DNA of 64,000 nt from Clostridia bacterium (lineage in GTDB: Bacteria; Bacillota; Clostridia; Oscillospirales; CAG-272). The DNA is taken from assembly GCA_017462545.1 (NCBI GenBank), contig JAFTQX010000027.1:30331-94330 (forward strand). The letters are read 5' to 3'. Shown piece by piece: positions 8,232 to 16,673 of this stretch; within the stretch, counting starts at the first letter, position 1; the number at the start of each line of letters is the position of its first letter. The notes beneath the pieces are model-generated. The model was given only the letters and a program-made list of their open reading frames with translations, made no database searches and was not told the DNA's origin. A program made the translations under genes and the position numbers.

Positions 8232-10346
8232 ATGTATTACAATATAATTGAGCATATAAAAAGCAAGTATTTTGATGACTTGGAAGGATATTCGCCATGT
8301 ATTCGCCAAGCTATGCTATTTAAGTACGTAACGGAAGAAATACCATTAAAGTTAATGGACACGGATCATATAGCGGGGTGGTATGGCTTTGAAAATAAAA
8401 GTGACGTGATGGAATTGGAAAGAAGATCTTTTACCCGCGTTTCTGTGTTAAACGATGAACAAAGGCAAAGGATCAAGCATCTTGATAATGATTTAAAAAC
8501 CAAGATTGCTTTTACATCCGCTCACACTTGTATTGACTATGAAACGATTGTTCAAAATGGATTGGCGTATTATATTACACGCGTAGAGCAAGCTATTTTA
8601 GAAAACCCTGATAATGATTATCTAAAAGCTATGAAAATCAGTCTTGAAGCCGCCTGTGAATATGCCCTTCGTTTTGCCGATGTAGCTAATGAAAAAGCAA
8701 AAAACTCAAAAACGTCAGAACAAAAGAGACGTTTTGAAAGCATATATTCTGCTCTTTGCCGTGTGCCGCGCAGTGGGGCGAATAATTTTCTTGAGGCGGT
8801 GCAATCGGTTTGGATAATGCACTCCCTTATTCCAATGGCAGAAATGAGTTGGGCAAGCATTTCCATAGGACGGATAGATCAATATTTATATCCGTTTTAC
8901 GAAAAACATATAACGGATGGCGGAAATAAAGAAGAGATCAAAGATATTTTAAAAAACCTATTCGTACTTCTGGACTCCTACGGCGACGGCGCTTGTGCCA
9001 TGAATATCGGCGGAATGGACGCTAAGGGCCAAGATATGATTAATGACCTTTCAAAAATATTGATCGAGGTTGAAAAAGAAATGTCACTGCGTGCACCGAT
9101 CTTTGCGGTGCGCGTAACTCCTGATATGCCCGAAGACGTTTTGGATTCACTCATTGATTTTGATTTGTTTAAAATAGGTCAGCCTACGTTTTATTCTGAA
9201 CTTCCGTGTCGCAAAGCTATCATGGGCAGAGGAGTATCGGAAAGCGAGGCGGTTGATTTTGCTGCCAACAGCTGTATGGGGCTTATTCTTGCGGGGCGAG
9301 AATTTGCAGATATGTGGGGGATCATGTTTAATTCCCATTTGCCGTTAGAGCTTGCCGTTAATCACGGAAAACCGCTCAACAGTAATTTGGATGTTGAGTT
9401 TGAGACTCGCCCCACAGAAATAAACGATTTTGAGGAGTTGTTGCAGAAATATAACAGCTATTTTTCAGAATTAATAGCGCTTTGCACTAATTTATATGAG
9501 GTGTTAGCCGTAGAAAAAGAGGCTAATTGCCCCGATCCGTTGCTTTCTGCAATAACTGAAGGGTGTATTGAAAACTGCGGAGACAGAGCAAACAGCGCAA
9601 CGTATAATACCGTAACCGTAGAAACCATGGGGCTTGTAAATACCTGTGATGCATTAGTGGCAATAAAAGAACTCGTGTACGAACAGAAAAAATATACTCT
9701 AAAAAATTTTATCACAGCAGCTAAAATGAATTTTGAGGGCTACGAAAAACTGTTGTCGGATATATCTGAATGTAAAAAATACGGAATGAACGATTTGGGT
9801 GTTAATGCAATTTTTGAGCGGATATGTAAAATGGTATCTGCTGCTTGTAAAAAGGTTTCTCACGATAACCGTTTGTTTATACCGTCCTTACATACTATTG
9901 ATGTCAACGTTGGTTATGGCAGAATTCTTTACGCTACGCTTGACGGCAGAAAAGCAGGCCAACCTGTTAATAAAAATGCAAATCCTTCAAATTTACTGAA
10001 AAAAACAGAGCATACAAGTCACGTTTTATCAGCTACAGCATTTGACCAAACCGAATTTTCAGGCGGTCAGCCTATTGATCTGTATTTTGACAAGAAATGG
10101 TTCGAAACAAAAGAATCAAGGGATAAAATAAAGGCACTTATCCGCACCTATTTTCAGCTTGGCGGATTACAGCTTCAGGTCAACAGCATCGATATCGAGT
10201 TGCTTGAAAAGGCACATAATAACCCTGAGGATTATCCGTTTGTGATAGTTCGAAAAGGAGGCTTTAGTGTACGCTTCAACGAAATGCGCAAAGATACTCG
10301 AGAAGAATTCATCGAGCTTGCAAAAAGGATGGAACAGAATGTGTAG
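8232..10346 (+). CDS. divergent glycyl-radical enzyme (PFL2/glycerol-dehydratase-like fold), substrate unknown
   Basis: FLEAVQSVWIMH, GRIDQYLYPFY and NIGGMDAKGQD..NDLS blocks. Candidate thiyl Cys348 is in AANSCMGL (nt 9273-9275). The glycyl loop is VIVRKGGFSVRF with Gly677 (nt 10260-10262). An activase gene follows and overlaps its 3' end. Confidence 0.9.
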   Translation: MYYNIIEHIKSKYFDDLEGYSPCIRQAMLFKYVTEEIPLKLMDTDHIAGWYGFENKSDVMELERRSFTRVSVLNDEQRQRIKHLDNDLKTKIAFTSAHTCIDYETIVQNGLAYYITRVEQAILENPDNDYLKAMKISLEAACEYALRFADVANEKAKNSKTSEQKRRFESIYSALCRVPRSGANNFLEAVQSVWIMHSLIPMAEMSWASISIGRIDQYLYPFYEKHITDGGNKEEIKDILKNLFVLLDSYGDGACAMNIGGMDAKGQDMINDLSKILIEVEKEMSLRAPIFAVRVTPDMPEDVLDSLIDFDLFKIGQPTFYSELPCRKAIMGRGVSESEAVDFAANSCMGLILAGREFADMWGIMFNSHLPLELAVNHGKPLNSNLDVEFETRPTEINDFEELLQKYNSYFSELIALCTNLYEVLAVEKEANCPDPLLSAITEGCIENCGDRANSATYNTVTVETMGLVNTCDALVAIKELVYEQKKYTLKNFITAAKMNFEGYEKLLSDISECKKYGMNDLGVNAIFERICKMVSAACKKVSHDNRLFIPSLHTIDVNVGYGRILYATLDGRKAGQPVNKNANPSNLLKKTEHTSHVLSATAFDQTEFSGGQPIDLYFDKKWFETKESRDKIKALIRTYFQLGGLQLQVNSIDIELLEKAHNNPEDYPFVIVRKGGFSVRFNEMRKDTREEFIELAKRMEQNV

Positions 10347-11241
10347 CGGTGTTGTTTTCAACATTCAAAAATTTTGCATAAATGACGGTCCCGGTATCAG
10401 AACAACGGTATTTCTTAAAGGCTGTCCGTTGCGATGCAAGTGGTGCCATAATCCCGAATCGCATTTTTACAAACGGGAGTTGCTTTATGATTCGGAAAAA
10501 TGTGTAGGTTGTGGACGCTGCGGTGATGTCTGCTCTCAAAACGCACATTCTTTTGAAGGCGGGCATAGTATAGACCGCAACCACTGTGTTTCCTGCGGTC
10601 GGTGTGTCAAAGAATGTGGCTTTGATGCGCTGGAATTTTCCGGTAAAGAGGTGTGCGTTCAAGAGGTTTTTAATGAAATTTTAAAGGATAAAGTCTTTTA
10701 TGATAATTCAGGTGGCGGATTGACACTGTCGGGTGGCGAACCGCTGATGCAGTTTGATTTTGCTTATGAGCTTTTAAGGCAAGCAAAAAAGAATGGGATA
10801 CATACCTGTATTGAAACCTGTGGATTTGCCAAAACAGAGGATATTTTGAAAATTGCGGAGTATACCGATATATTTCTTTATGATTGGAAGCTGACCGATG
10901 AAAAATTACATAAAGAATATACCGGTGTGAGTAATAGGTTGATACTTCAGAATTTAAAGTCGATCGATGCTGTTGGCTCCAAAATCATTTTAAGATGTCC
11001 TATCATTCCAAGTGTAAATGATACCGAGGAGCATCTTCTTGGTATTATTAGCGTTGCGAATTCTCTTAAAAATATTTTGGCTGTTGAAATTGAGCCGTAT
11101 CATTCGTTGGGCAACAGCAAATACAAAAAACTCGGAAAAACAGAAAAATGCCAAGCTTTCTGCCAACCCACAGAGCAGCAGGTTGAAGCTTGGATCACGA
11201 AAATTCAAAAGCACAGTAAAACCGTTGTAAAAAAAGCGTAG
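10339..11241 (+). CDS. glycyl-radical enzyme activating protein (radical SAM)
   Basis: N-terminus GVVFNIQKFCINDGPGIRTTVFLKGCPLRCKWCHNPES (CX3CX2C), plus two ferredoxin-like motifs CVGCGRCGDVC and CVSCGRCVKEC. ATG 10339 overlaps the GRE stop (ATGTGTAG); the listed 10267 start is an upstream extension. Confidence 0.9.
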   Translation: MCSGVVFNIQKFCINDGPGIRTTVFLKGCPLRCKWCHNPESHFYKRELLYDSEKCVGCGRCGDVCSQNAHSFEGGHSIDRNHCVSCGRCVKECGFDALEFSGKEVCVQEVFNEILKDKVFYDNSGGGLTLSGGEPLMQFDFAYELLRQAKKNGIHTCIETCGFAKTEDILKIAEYTDIFLYDWKLTDEKLHKEYTGVSNRLILQNLKSIDAVGSKIILRCPIIPSVNDTEEHLLGIISVANSLKNILAVEIEPYHSLGNSKYKKLGKTEKCQAFCQPTEQQVEAWITKIQKHSKTVVKKA

Positions 11242-11265
11242 CAAATCTATTTTTTAAATCAGTAT

Positions 11266-11321
11266 AAATCTCCTTGCTTTGCAGATACTAACAGTACAAA
11301 TCTGTAAAAACAAGGAGATTT
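11266..11321 (+). terminator. long hairpin ending the GRE unit; its 3' arm contains the spoVT Shine-Dalgarno
   Basis: aaatctccttg (11266-11276) pairs perfectly with caaggagattt (11311-11321). An inner extension tttgcagat/atctgtaaa has one G:U. The hairpin is followed by tttat. Confidence 0.55.
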
Positions 11322-11330
11322 TTATATATT

Positions 11331-11885
11331 ATGAAAGCCACAGGAATTGTACGTCGCATCGACGACCTCGGACGTGTCGTCATTCCCAAAGAAATAAGAA
11401 GAACAATGCGCATTCGCGAGGGTGACCCTCTTGAAATCTATACCGATCGGGAGGGGGAAGTAATCTTCAAAAAATATTCACCGATCGGTGAAATGGCATC
11501 CTTTGCGGCACAGTATGCAGAGACGCTGCAAAAGACCTGTTCCATGGCTGTTGTCATCTGTGACCGTGATGCCGTTATCGCGTCTGCCGGTGTGCCCAAA
11601 CGGGAATATGCAGACAAAAAGGTTTCATCCGCTTTTGAAGAGATCATTGAAGGCAGATCGATTTACACGCACAAGGAGAACGGAGAGCGCATTTCAGTCA
11701 TCGAAGATGGAGGCTCCTATTATGTTAGTTGTGCCATGCCGATCATTACAGAGGGAGACATTGTGGGCTGCGTAGCCTCTGTTTTACCTCACGATGGTGA
11801 GGGGGTTGATCGTATTCCCACCGATTTAGAAACCAAGCTGATTCAAACAGCAGCTGGCTTTCTTGGTAAGCAGCTTGAAAATTGA
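11331..11885 (+). CDS. spoVT: stage V sporulation protein T (AbrB-family regulator)
   Basis: MKATGIVRRIDDLGRVVIPKEIRRTMRIREGDPLEIY SpoVT/AbrB swapped-hairpin N-terminus plus a GAF-like C-terminal domain; 184 aa. Confidence 0.9.
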   Translation: MKATGIVRRIDDLGRVVIPKEIRRTMRIREGDPLEIYTDREGEVIFKKYSPIGEMASFAAQYAETLQKTCSMAVVICDRDAVIASAGVPKREYADKKVSSAFEEIIEGRSIYTHKENGERISVIEDGGSYYVSCAMPIITEGDIVGCVASVLPHDGEGVDRIPTDLETKLIQTAAGFLGKQLEN

Positions 11886-11890
11886 TAGAA

Positions 11891-11918
11891 AGAGAACCGA
11901 CAATGTCGGTTCTTTTTT
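11891..11918 (+). terminator. intrinsic terminator after spoVT
   Basis: gaaccga-caatg-tcggttc followed by tttttt. Confidence 0.8.
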
Positions 11919-11948
11919 ACTGGAAAGTGCGGAATTCATAAAAACAAC

Positions 11949-11977
11949 TTGCAATTCCTATAAAAGCCGTGTATAAT
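11949..11977 (+). promoter_or_regulatory. sigma-A-type promoter of the M16 peptidase pair
   Basis: TTGCAA, 17-nt spacer, TATAAT. The listed GTG 11969 start lies inside this promoter. Confidence 0.55.
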
Positions 11978-12004
11978 GGAATAAAAACAAAAAAGGAAAC
12001 AAGA

Positions 12005-13315
12005 ATGAGCCTTTATCGCTGTTCGTTGAAGCCGGGGATCTTTTTAAACCACTTAAAAAATGACCGGTTTAAGACGGGGTATTTTTCGCTGAACTTTATT
12101 CTTCCGCTCTCCATAGAAAACGTAGCGTACTATGCGCTGCTTCCTCGTGTTTTGCGTAGTGGATGCGAATCCTTGCCGAATCGACGTGCTATCGTCAAAC
12201 GGTTAGAGGAGCTATACGGGGCTGACATTTACGTCCGGCATTACGGACGGGGTGACAAGCAGATTATTTCCTTTGCTGCCGATTTTATTGATCGTGCATA
12301 TTTGCCGCAGGACGAACGAGCCGATGTGTTTTCAGAAACACTTGCCGTTTTACGAGATTTAATTTTTTCACCCATTCAGCAAAACGGTCTGTTTTTACAG
12401 GAATACGTCGATATGGAACGGCGCAATTGCGCAGATGCCGTTCGTGCAATGATAAACAACAAGCAACAGTACGCCATTCACCGCTGCACGATGCTGATGT
12501 GTGAGGGAGAGACGAGCGGCATTCCGATTTTGGGAACAGTTGAAGACTTTGAAAACCTCCTTCCTCAAAAGCTAATAGAATGCTACCGCCACATGCTTGC
12601 CCATGCTCAGGTAGAGATCTTTTATGTTGGTTCGTCGTCACCGGCTGCTTTGGAAACTGTTTCTGCCGAGTTTTTTTGCTCGAAAATGGACGGGCGTGAA
12701 CTTCCGCAAACACAATCAGCACGCATTCTTCATGCAAACACAGCAAAGCAATATGAAGAAACCGCCAACGCCGTACAGGGAAAACTAGTACTTGGTTTTC
12801 GTACGGGTGTCTTTTTGGGTGATACAACGCAATTTGCTTATTCGCTGTTCAACGAAATCTATGGTGGCTCGCCATCCTCCAAGTTGTTTTTAAATGTACG
12901 CGAGAAGAAGAGCCTTTGCTATTCTTGCTATGCACATGCCGATCTCTTGAATGGAATCATGTATGTGGCGGCCGGCATTGATCGCGAGCAGAAGGATGTT
13001 GCTATCAAAGAAATCTTGTTACAGCTAGATAAAACCCGGCAGAACGAGATTTCCCAAGAAGAACTCTATTATGCCAAGCAATCGCTTGCCAATGGCTATC
13101 GCAGCTTATATGATAGCCCTGAAGCATTGGAGGTCTGGTACCTGCGGCGCATCCTTGCAGGGAGTGTCCTTACACCGGAAGAGGTGATTGAGCGCATCAT
13201 GCAGGTAACTGCTCAAGATGTGGCTGCCATTGCCCAAAGGGTTTCGCTGGACACGATTTACTTTCTGCGCGGTGACGGCACATGCACAGATGAGGAAGGG
13301 GAAGAAGATGACTGA
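12005..13315 (+). CDS. M16 (pitrilysin/insulinase) family protein, non-catalytic subunit type
   Basis: M16 fold-length protein without an HxxEH zinc motif (the equivalent region reads YALLPRVLRSG). Its 8-nt overlap with the next M16 gene suggests coupling. Confidence 0.8.
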   Translation: MSLYRCSLKPGIFLNHLKNDRFKTGYFSLNFILPLSIENVAYYALLPRVLRSGCESLPNRRAIVKRLEELYGADIYVRHYGRGDKQIISFAADFIDRAYLPQDERADVFSETLAVLRDLIFSPIQQNGLFLQEYVDMERRNCADAVRAMINNKQQYAIHRCTMLMCEGETSGIPILGTVEDFENLLPQKLIECYRHMLAHAQVEIFYVGSSSPAALETVSAEFFCSKMDGRELPQTQSARILHANTAKQYEETANAVQGKLVLGFRTGVFLGDTTQFAYSLFNEIYGGSPSSKLFLNVREKKSLCYSCYAHADLLNGIMYVAAGIDREQKDVAIKEILLQLDKTRQNEISQEELYYAKQSLANGYRSLYDSPEALEVWYLRRILAGSVLTPEEVIERIMQVTAQDVAAIAQRVSLDTIYFLRGDGTCTDEEGEEDD

Positions 13316-14609
13316 TAAAATTGTCAAAGAAAACAATACCCTTCGTGAAAAATATTATTTGATCCGTCACAAAACCGGCTTGCAAATTTACGTATTTCCC
13401 AAAGAGATGTCCACGTTTTACGCCCTGTTTGCCACAAAATACGGAGCAATTGACAATTGCTTTCGTTTGCAAGGCGACAAGGAGTGGACACGCGTGCCGG
13501 ATGGCATTGCCCACTTTTTAGAGCACAAGCTCTTTGAAAATGAGGATGGAAGTGAGACGGATGCACGTTTTGCAGCACTAGGGGCCTCTTCGAATGCCTT
13601 TACCTCGTCAGACATGACTGCATACGAATTTTCCTGTACCGAAAATTTCTATGAATCTCTTGAAATCCTGCTTGACTTTGTTACGCATCCCTATTTTACA
13701 GAGGAAAACGTGAAAAAAGAGCAGGGGATCATTGGTCAGGAAATTGATATGTGTGACGATATGCCGATGCGCCGATTATATTACGAGCTGCTTGAGGCTT
13801 TGTATGTATGTAATCCAACGCGCATCAACGTATGCGGCACGCAAGCATCAATTGCGAAAATCACGCCCGAATACCTGTATACTTGTTATCATGTGTTTTA
13901 CAAACCATCCAACATGATGCTGGTTGTATGCGGTGATATCGATCCCGACCGCGTAGAAAAACTGGTTGATACCTATGTAACAACACAAAAAGAGGCAGAT
14001 ATCGAGCGATATTTCGAGGCAGAACCAACAAACATTGTTCAAAAACGTCGTTCTGTTTCTATGGATGTTTCACGACCGTTGTTCGCTGTCGGCATAAAAG
14101 ACACATCGCCTTTGATCGGAACATGCGAGGCAGTGCGCCGCGGCTTGTTGTTTCGCATTGTGTCGGATTGGATCTTCGGCACATCCTCCTCTTTCTACGA
14201 AAACGCGTATAACGAAGGACTCATCAATGCTCGTTTTTCGGCCGGATATGAAAACTATCGCACCTGCGGATTTTTTATGCTTTCCGGCGAGACGGATGAT
14301 CCCGAGGCTGTATATCAGCGCATTCTTAGTGAAATTGAGCAGGTATGCCTTACACCGCCGCTAAGAGAGGACTTCTTACGTGTCAAAAAAGCACTATACG
14401 CAGAATATATTCGCGATTTTGACTCTACCGAGGAAATTGCCAACAATCTGTTATCGTACAGGATGATGAATGTCGATTTGCTTGAGGTGGGCGATATCAT
14501 TAACGGCATCACATACGAAGAAACGATGGCTGCTATGCGTGAATTCTTTTGCATAGATCATTTTGCAATGGTTACTATTTTACCAAAAAACAAATCTGCT
14601 GAAAAATAA
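13308..14609 (+). CDS. M16 family zinc peptidase, catalytic subunit type
   Basis: GIAHFLEHKLFE contains the HxxEH motif. ATG 13308 overlaps the upstream stop (ATGACTGA); the listed 13218 start is an upstream extension. Confidence 0.85.
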   Translation: MTDKIVKENNTLREKYYLIRHKTGLQIYVFPKEMSTFYALFATKYGAIDNCFRLQGDKEWTRVPDGIAHFLEHKLFENEDGSETDARFAALGASSNAFTSSDMTAYEFSCTENFYESLEILLDFVTHPYFTEENVKKEQGIIGQEIDMCDDMPMRRLYYELLEALYVCNPTRINVCGTQASIAKITPEYLYTCYHVFYKPSNMMLVVCGDIDPDRVEKLVDTYVTTQKEADIERYFEAEPTNIVQKRRSVSMDVSRPLFAVGIKDTSPLIGTCEAVRRGLLFRIVSDWIFGTSSSFYENAYNEGLINARFSAGYENYRTCGFFMLSGETDDPEAVYQRILSEIEQVCLTPPLREDFLRVKKALYAEYIRDFDSTEEIANNLLSYRMMNVDLLEVGDIINGITYEETMAAMREFFCIDHFAMVTILPKNKSAEK

Positions 14610-14630
14610 ATAGCGAAAGAGGTGCATTTT

Positions 14631-15479
14631 ATGGCTACCATGATTGATGGAAAAGCAGTATCGGCTGCATTGCGCTCCGAGTTGAAAGAAAAAATAGCCG
14701 CGTTTGCCGCAGCGAGCGGCGCGGCGCCCGGCCTTGCGGTGGTGCTTGTGGGGGATGATCCGGCATCTTCGGTATATGTCCGCAACAAGCATCGCGCATG
14801 TGAGGAGGTTGGAATATATTCCGAGGTTTATCAGCTTCCTGCAGAAACAAGCGAAGAGGAGCTGCTCGCCTTGATCGACCGCTTGAATGCGGCAGCAAAC
14901 ATTCACGGAATTTTGGTGCAATTGCCTCTGCCGAAACATATCTCGGAAGAACGTATTGTTCTTGCGATCCATCCCGATAAGGATGTTGATGCGTTTCACC
15001 CTTCCAATGTTGGCAAAATCATGCTCGGAAATTATCGATTTTTACCTTGTACACCCGCCGGGGTCATGGCGCTGCTACAATATTACAACATCGAGGTAGC
15101 AGGGAAGGAGTGCGTGGTTGTCGGACGGAGCAACATTGTTGGCAAACCACAAGCTCTGCTTTTGTTGGAGAAAAACGGAACGGTTACCGTATGCCATTCA
15201 CGCACAAAAAACCTGGCAGATGTCACTCGACGTGCTGACATTTTGGTAGCAGCAGTTGGCAAAGCAAAGTTTATTACGGCAGACATGGTAAAAGAAGGCG
15301 CAGTTGTCATTGATGTGGGCATCAATCGCATGGAAAACGGAAAGCTTTGCGGGGATGTAGATTTTGAGGCTGTTTCGCAAAAAGCCTCCGCCATTACGCC
15401 GGTGCCGGGAGGTGTCGGCCCTATGACGATTACCATGCTGTTGCAAAATGCTTTGCGCGCTGCAGAGATGCAACAATAA
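14631..15479 (+). CDS. folD: bifunctional methylenetetrahydrofolate dehydrogenase/methenyl-THF cyclohydrolase
   Basis: MIDGKAVS......E....., PGLAVVLVGDDPAS.VYVRNK, GILVQLPLP, CTP.G, VVGRSNIVGKP, PVPGGVGPMT. Confidence 0.95.
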   Translation: MATMIDGKAVSAALRSELKEKIAAFAAASGAAPGLAVVLVGDDPASSVYVRNKHRACEEVGIYSEVYQLPAETSEEELLALIDRLNAAANIHGILVQLPLPKHISEERIVLAIHPDKDVDAFHPSNVGKIMLGNYRFLPCTPAGVMALLQYYNIEVAGKECVVVGRSNIVGKPQALLLLEKNGTVTVCHSRTKNLADVTRRADILVAAVGKAKFITADMVKEGAVVIDVGINRMENGKLCGDVDFEAVSQKASAITPVPGGVGPMTITMLLQNALRAAEMQQ

Positions 15480-15506
15480 AATTATCAAAAATTTATGGAA
15501 AAACTA

Positions 15507-15535
15507 TTGACAAATCAGAAACAATATGATAGAAT
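15507..15535 (+). promoter_or_regulatory. sigma-A promoter of the rplU-prp-rpmA operon
   Basis: TTGACA (15507-15512), 17-nt spacer, TGaTAGAAT extended -10 (15530-15535). Confidence 0.65.
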
Positions 15536-15542
15536 AATTTGA

Positions 15543-15616
15543 CGCTTATCCTAGGCTCCTAAAGGCATATGCCGCCTAAGTGGTAGCGATTATGTAAAGA
15601 AAGTGAGGTGCTTTTC
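15543..15616 (+). ncRNA. structured 5' leader of rplU (candidate L21-type ribosomal protein leader)
   Basis: A roughly 70-nt leader between promoter and start codon. It has nested pairings taggc...gccta enclosing the palindromic ggcatatgcc. An L21 leader is known at this position in Firmicutes; no covariance model was run. Confidence 0.35.
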
Positions 15617-15925
15617 GTGTACGCAGTTATTGAAACGGGTGGAAAGCAGTACAAAGTCAGCGAGGGCGATGAGATTTTCATTGAGAAGCTCGAGGTTGAA
15701 GACGGTGCTACCGTAACCTTTGATAAGGTTTTGGCCGTTGCCGGCGAAACTCTTTCTGTTGGCGCTCCCTATGTAGCAGGTGCTACTGTTGAGGCTTCTG
15801 TTGTGAAGTCCGGCAAGGGCAAGAAGATCTACGTTTTCAAGTACAAGGCTAAGAAGAACGAGAAAAAGAAGATCGGTCACAGACAGGCTTATACCAAGGT
15901 TCGCATTACCAAGATCGCAGGCTAA
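15617..15925 (+). CDS. rplU: 50S ribosomal protein L21
   Basis: (M)[13 protein letters not shown]...; GTG 15617 is preceded by GAGGTG at 7 nt. Confidence 0.95.
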   Translation: MYAVIETGGKQYKVSEGDEIFIEKLEVEDGATVTFDKVLAVAGETLSVGAPYVAGATVEASVVKSGKGKKIYVFKYKAKKNEKKKIGHRQAYTKVRITKIAG

Positions 15926-15927
15926 TT

Positions 15928-16287
15928 ATGACAAAAGTCACATTTTATAAGTCCAACGGTGTTTTTTACGCCTTTGAGGAAACCGGGCATACCGGCTACG
16001 GTGAGGCGGGCGATGATGTGCTTTGTGCGGCACTTTCCGCAATGACCATGCTGATTATCAATGCGATAGAGATTTCTTACGCATCAGATGTGCAGTACAT
16101 CATTGATGAGAAGACGACCGACATCAAGGTGATCGCGCGTGGTGCACTTCCTGCTTATGAGGATGACGACGCCAAGCGTTATGCCGTTTCCGGACTTATA
16201 CAGGCTTACTTCTTCCAGTTAAACGATCTCGTTGAGGAGTATTATGACTATCTCAGCGTTGAAGAAGTAGAAGCATTGATCGTTTAA
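15928..16287 (+). CDS. prp: ribosomal-processing cysteine protease Prp
   Basis: GHTGYGEAGDDVLCAALSA motif (His/Cys dyad) and a position between rplU and rpmA. Confidence 0.9.
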   Translation: MTKVTFYKSNGVFYAFEETGHTGYGEAGDDVLCAALSAMTMLIINAIEISYASDVQYIIDEKTTDIKVIARGALPAYEDDDAKRYAVSGLIQAYFFQLNDLVEEYYDYLSVEEVEALIV

Positions 16288-16332
16288 GATCGTTTCGGCG
16301 AAGCCGATTATTCTGAATGGAGGTACTTGAGA

Positions 16333-16611
16333 ATGTTGAGACTCAGTTTGCAGTTCTTTGCTCACAAGAAGGGCGTAGGTTCTACGAAAAACGGTCGTGA
16401 CAGCGAATCCAAGCGTCTTGGCGTGAAGTGTGCTGATGGTCAGTTTGTTCTGGCAGGCAACATCATTGTTAGACAGCGCGGAACCAAGATTCATCCGGGC
16501 ACAGGCGTAGGTCTGGGCAGCGATGATACCTTGTATGCTCTCGTAAACGGCAAGGTTAAGTTTGAGCATATGACCAGAGATAAGAAGAAGGTCAGCGTAT
16601 ACGCAGACTAA
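16333..16611 (+). CDS. rpmA: 50S ribosomal protein L27 with Prp-cleavable N-terminal extension
   Basis: [37 protein letters not shown] lies before ATG 16333. Confidence 0.95.
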   Translation: MLRLSLQFFAHKKGVGSTKNGRDSESKRLGVKCADGQFVLAGNIIVRQRGTKIHPGTGVGLGSDDTLYALVNGKVKFEHMTRDKKKVSVYAD

Positions 16612-16617
16612 TTTGCA

Positions 16618-16646
16618 AGAGAGCAGAGTAATATCTGCTCTCTTTA
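16618..16646 (+). terminator. terminator after rpmA (weak T-run)
   Basis: agagagcaga (16618-16627) pairs with tctgctctct (16634-16643). Confidence 0.6.
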
Positions 16647-16673
16647 TACTATTACATAAAGGAGAACGATCTT

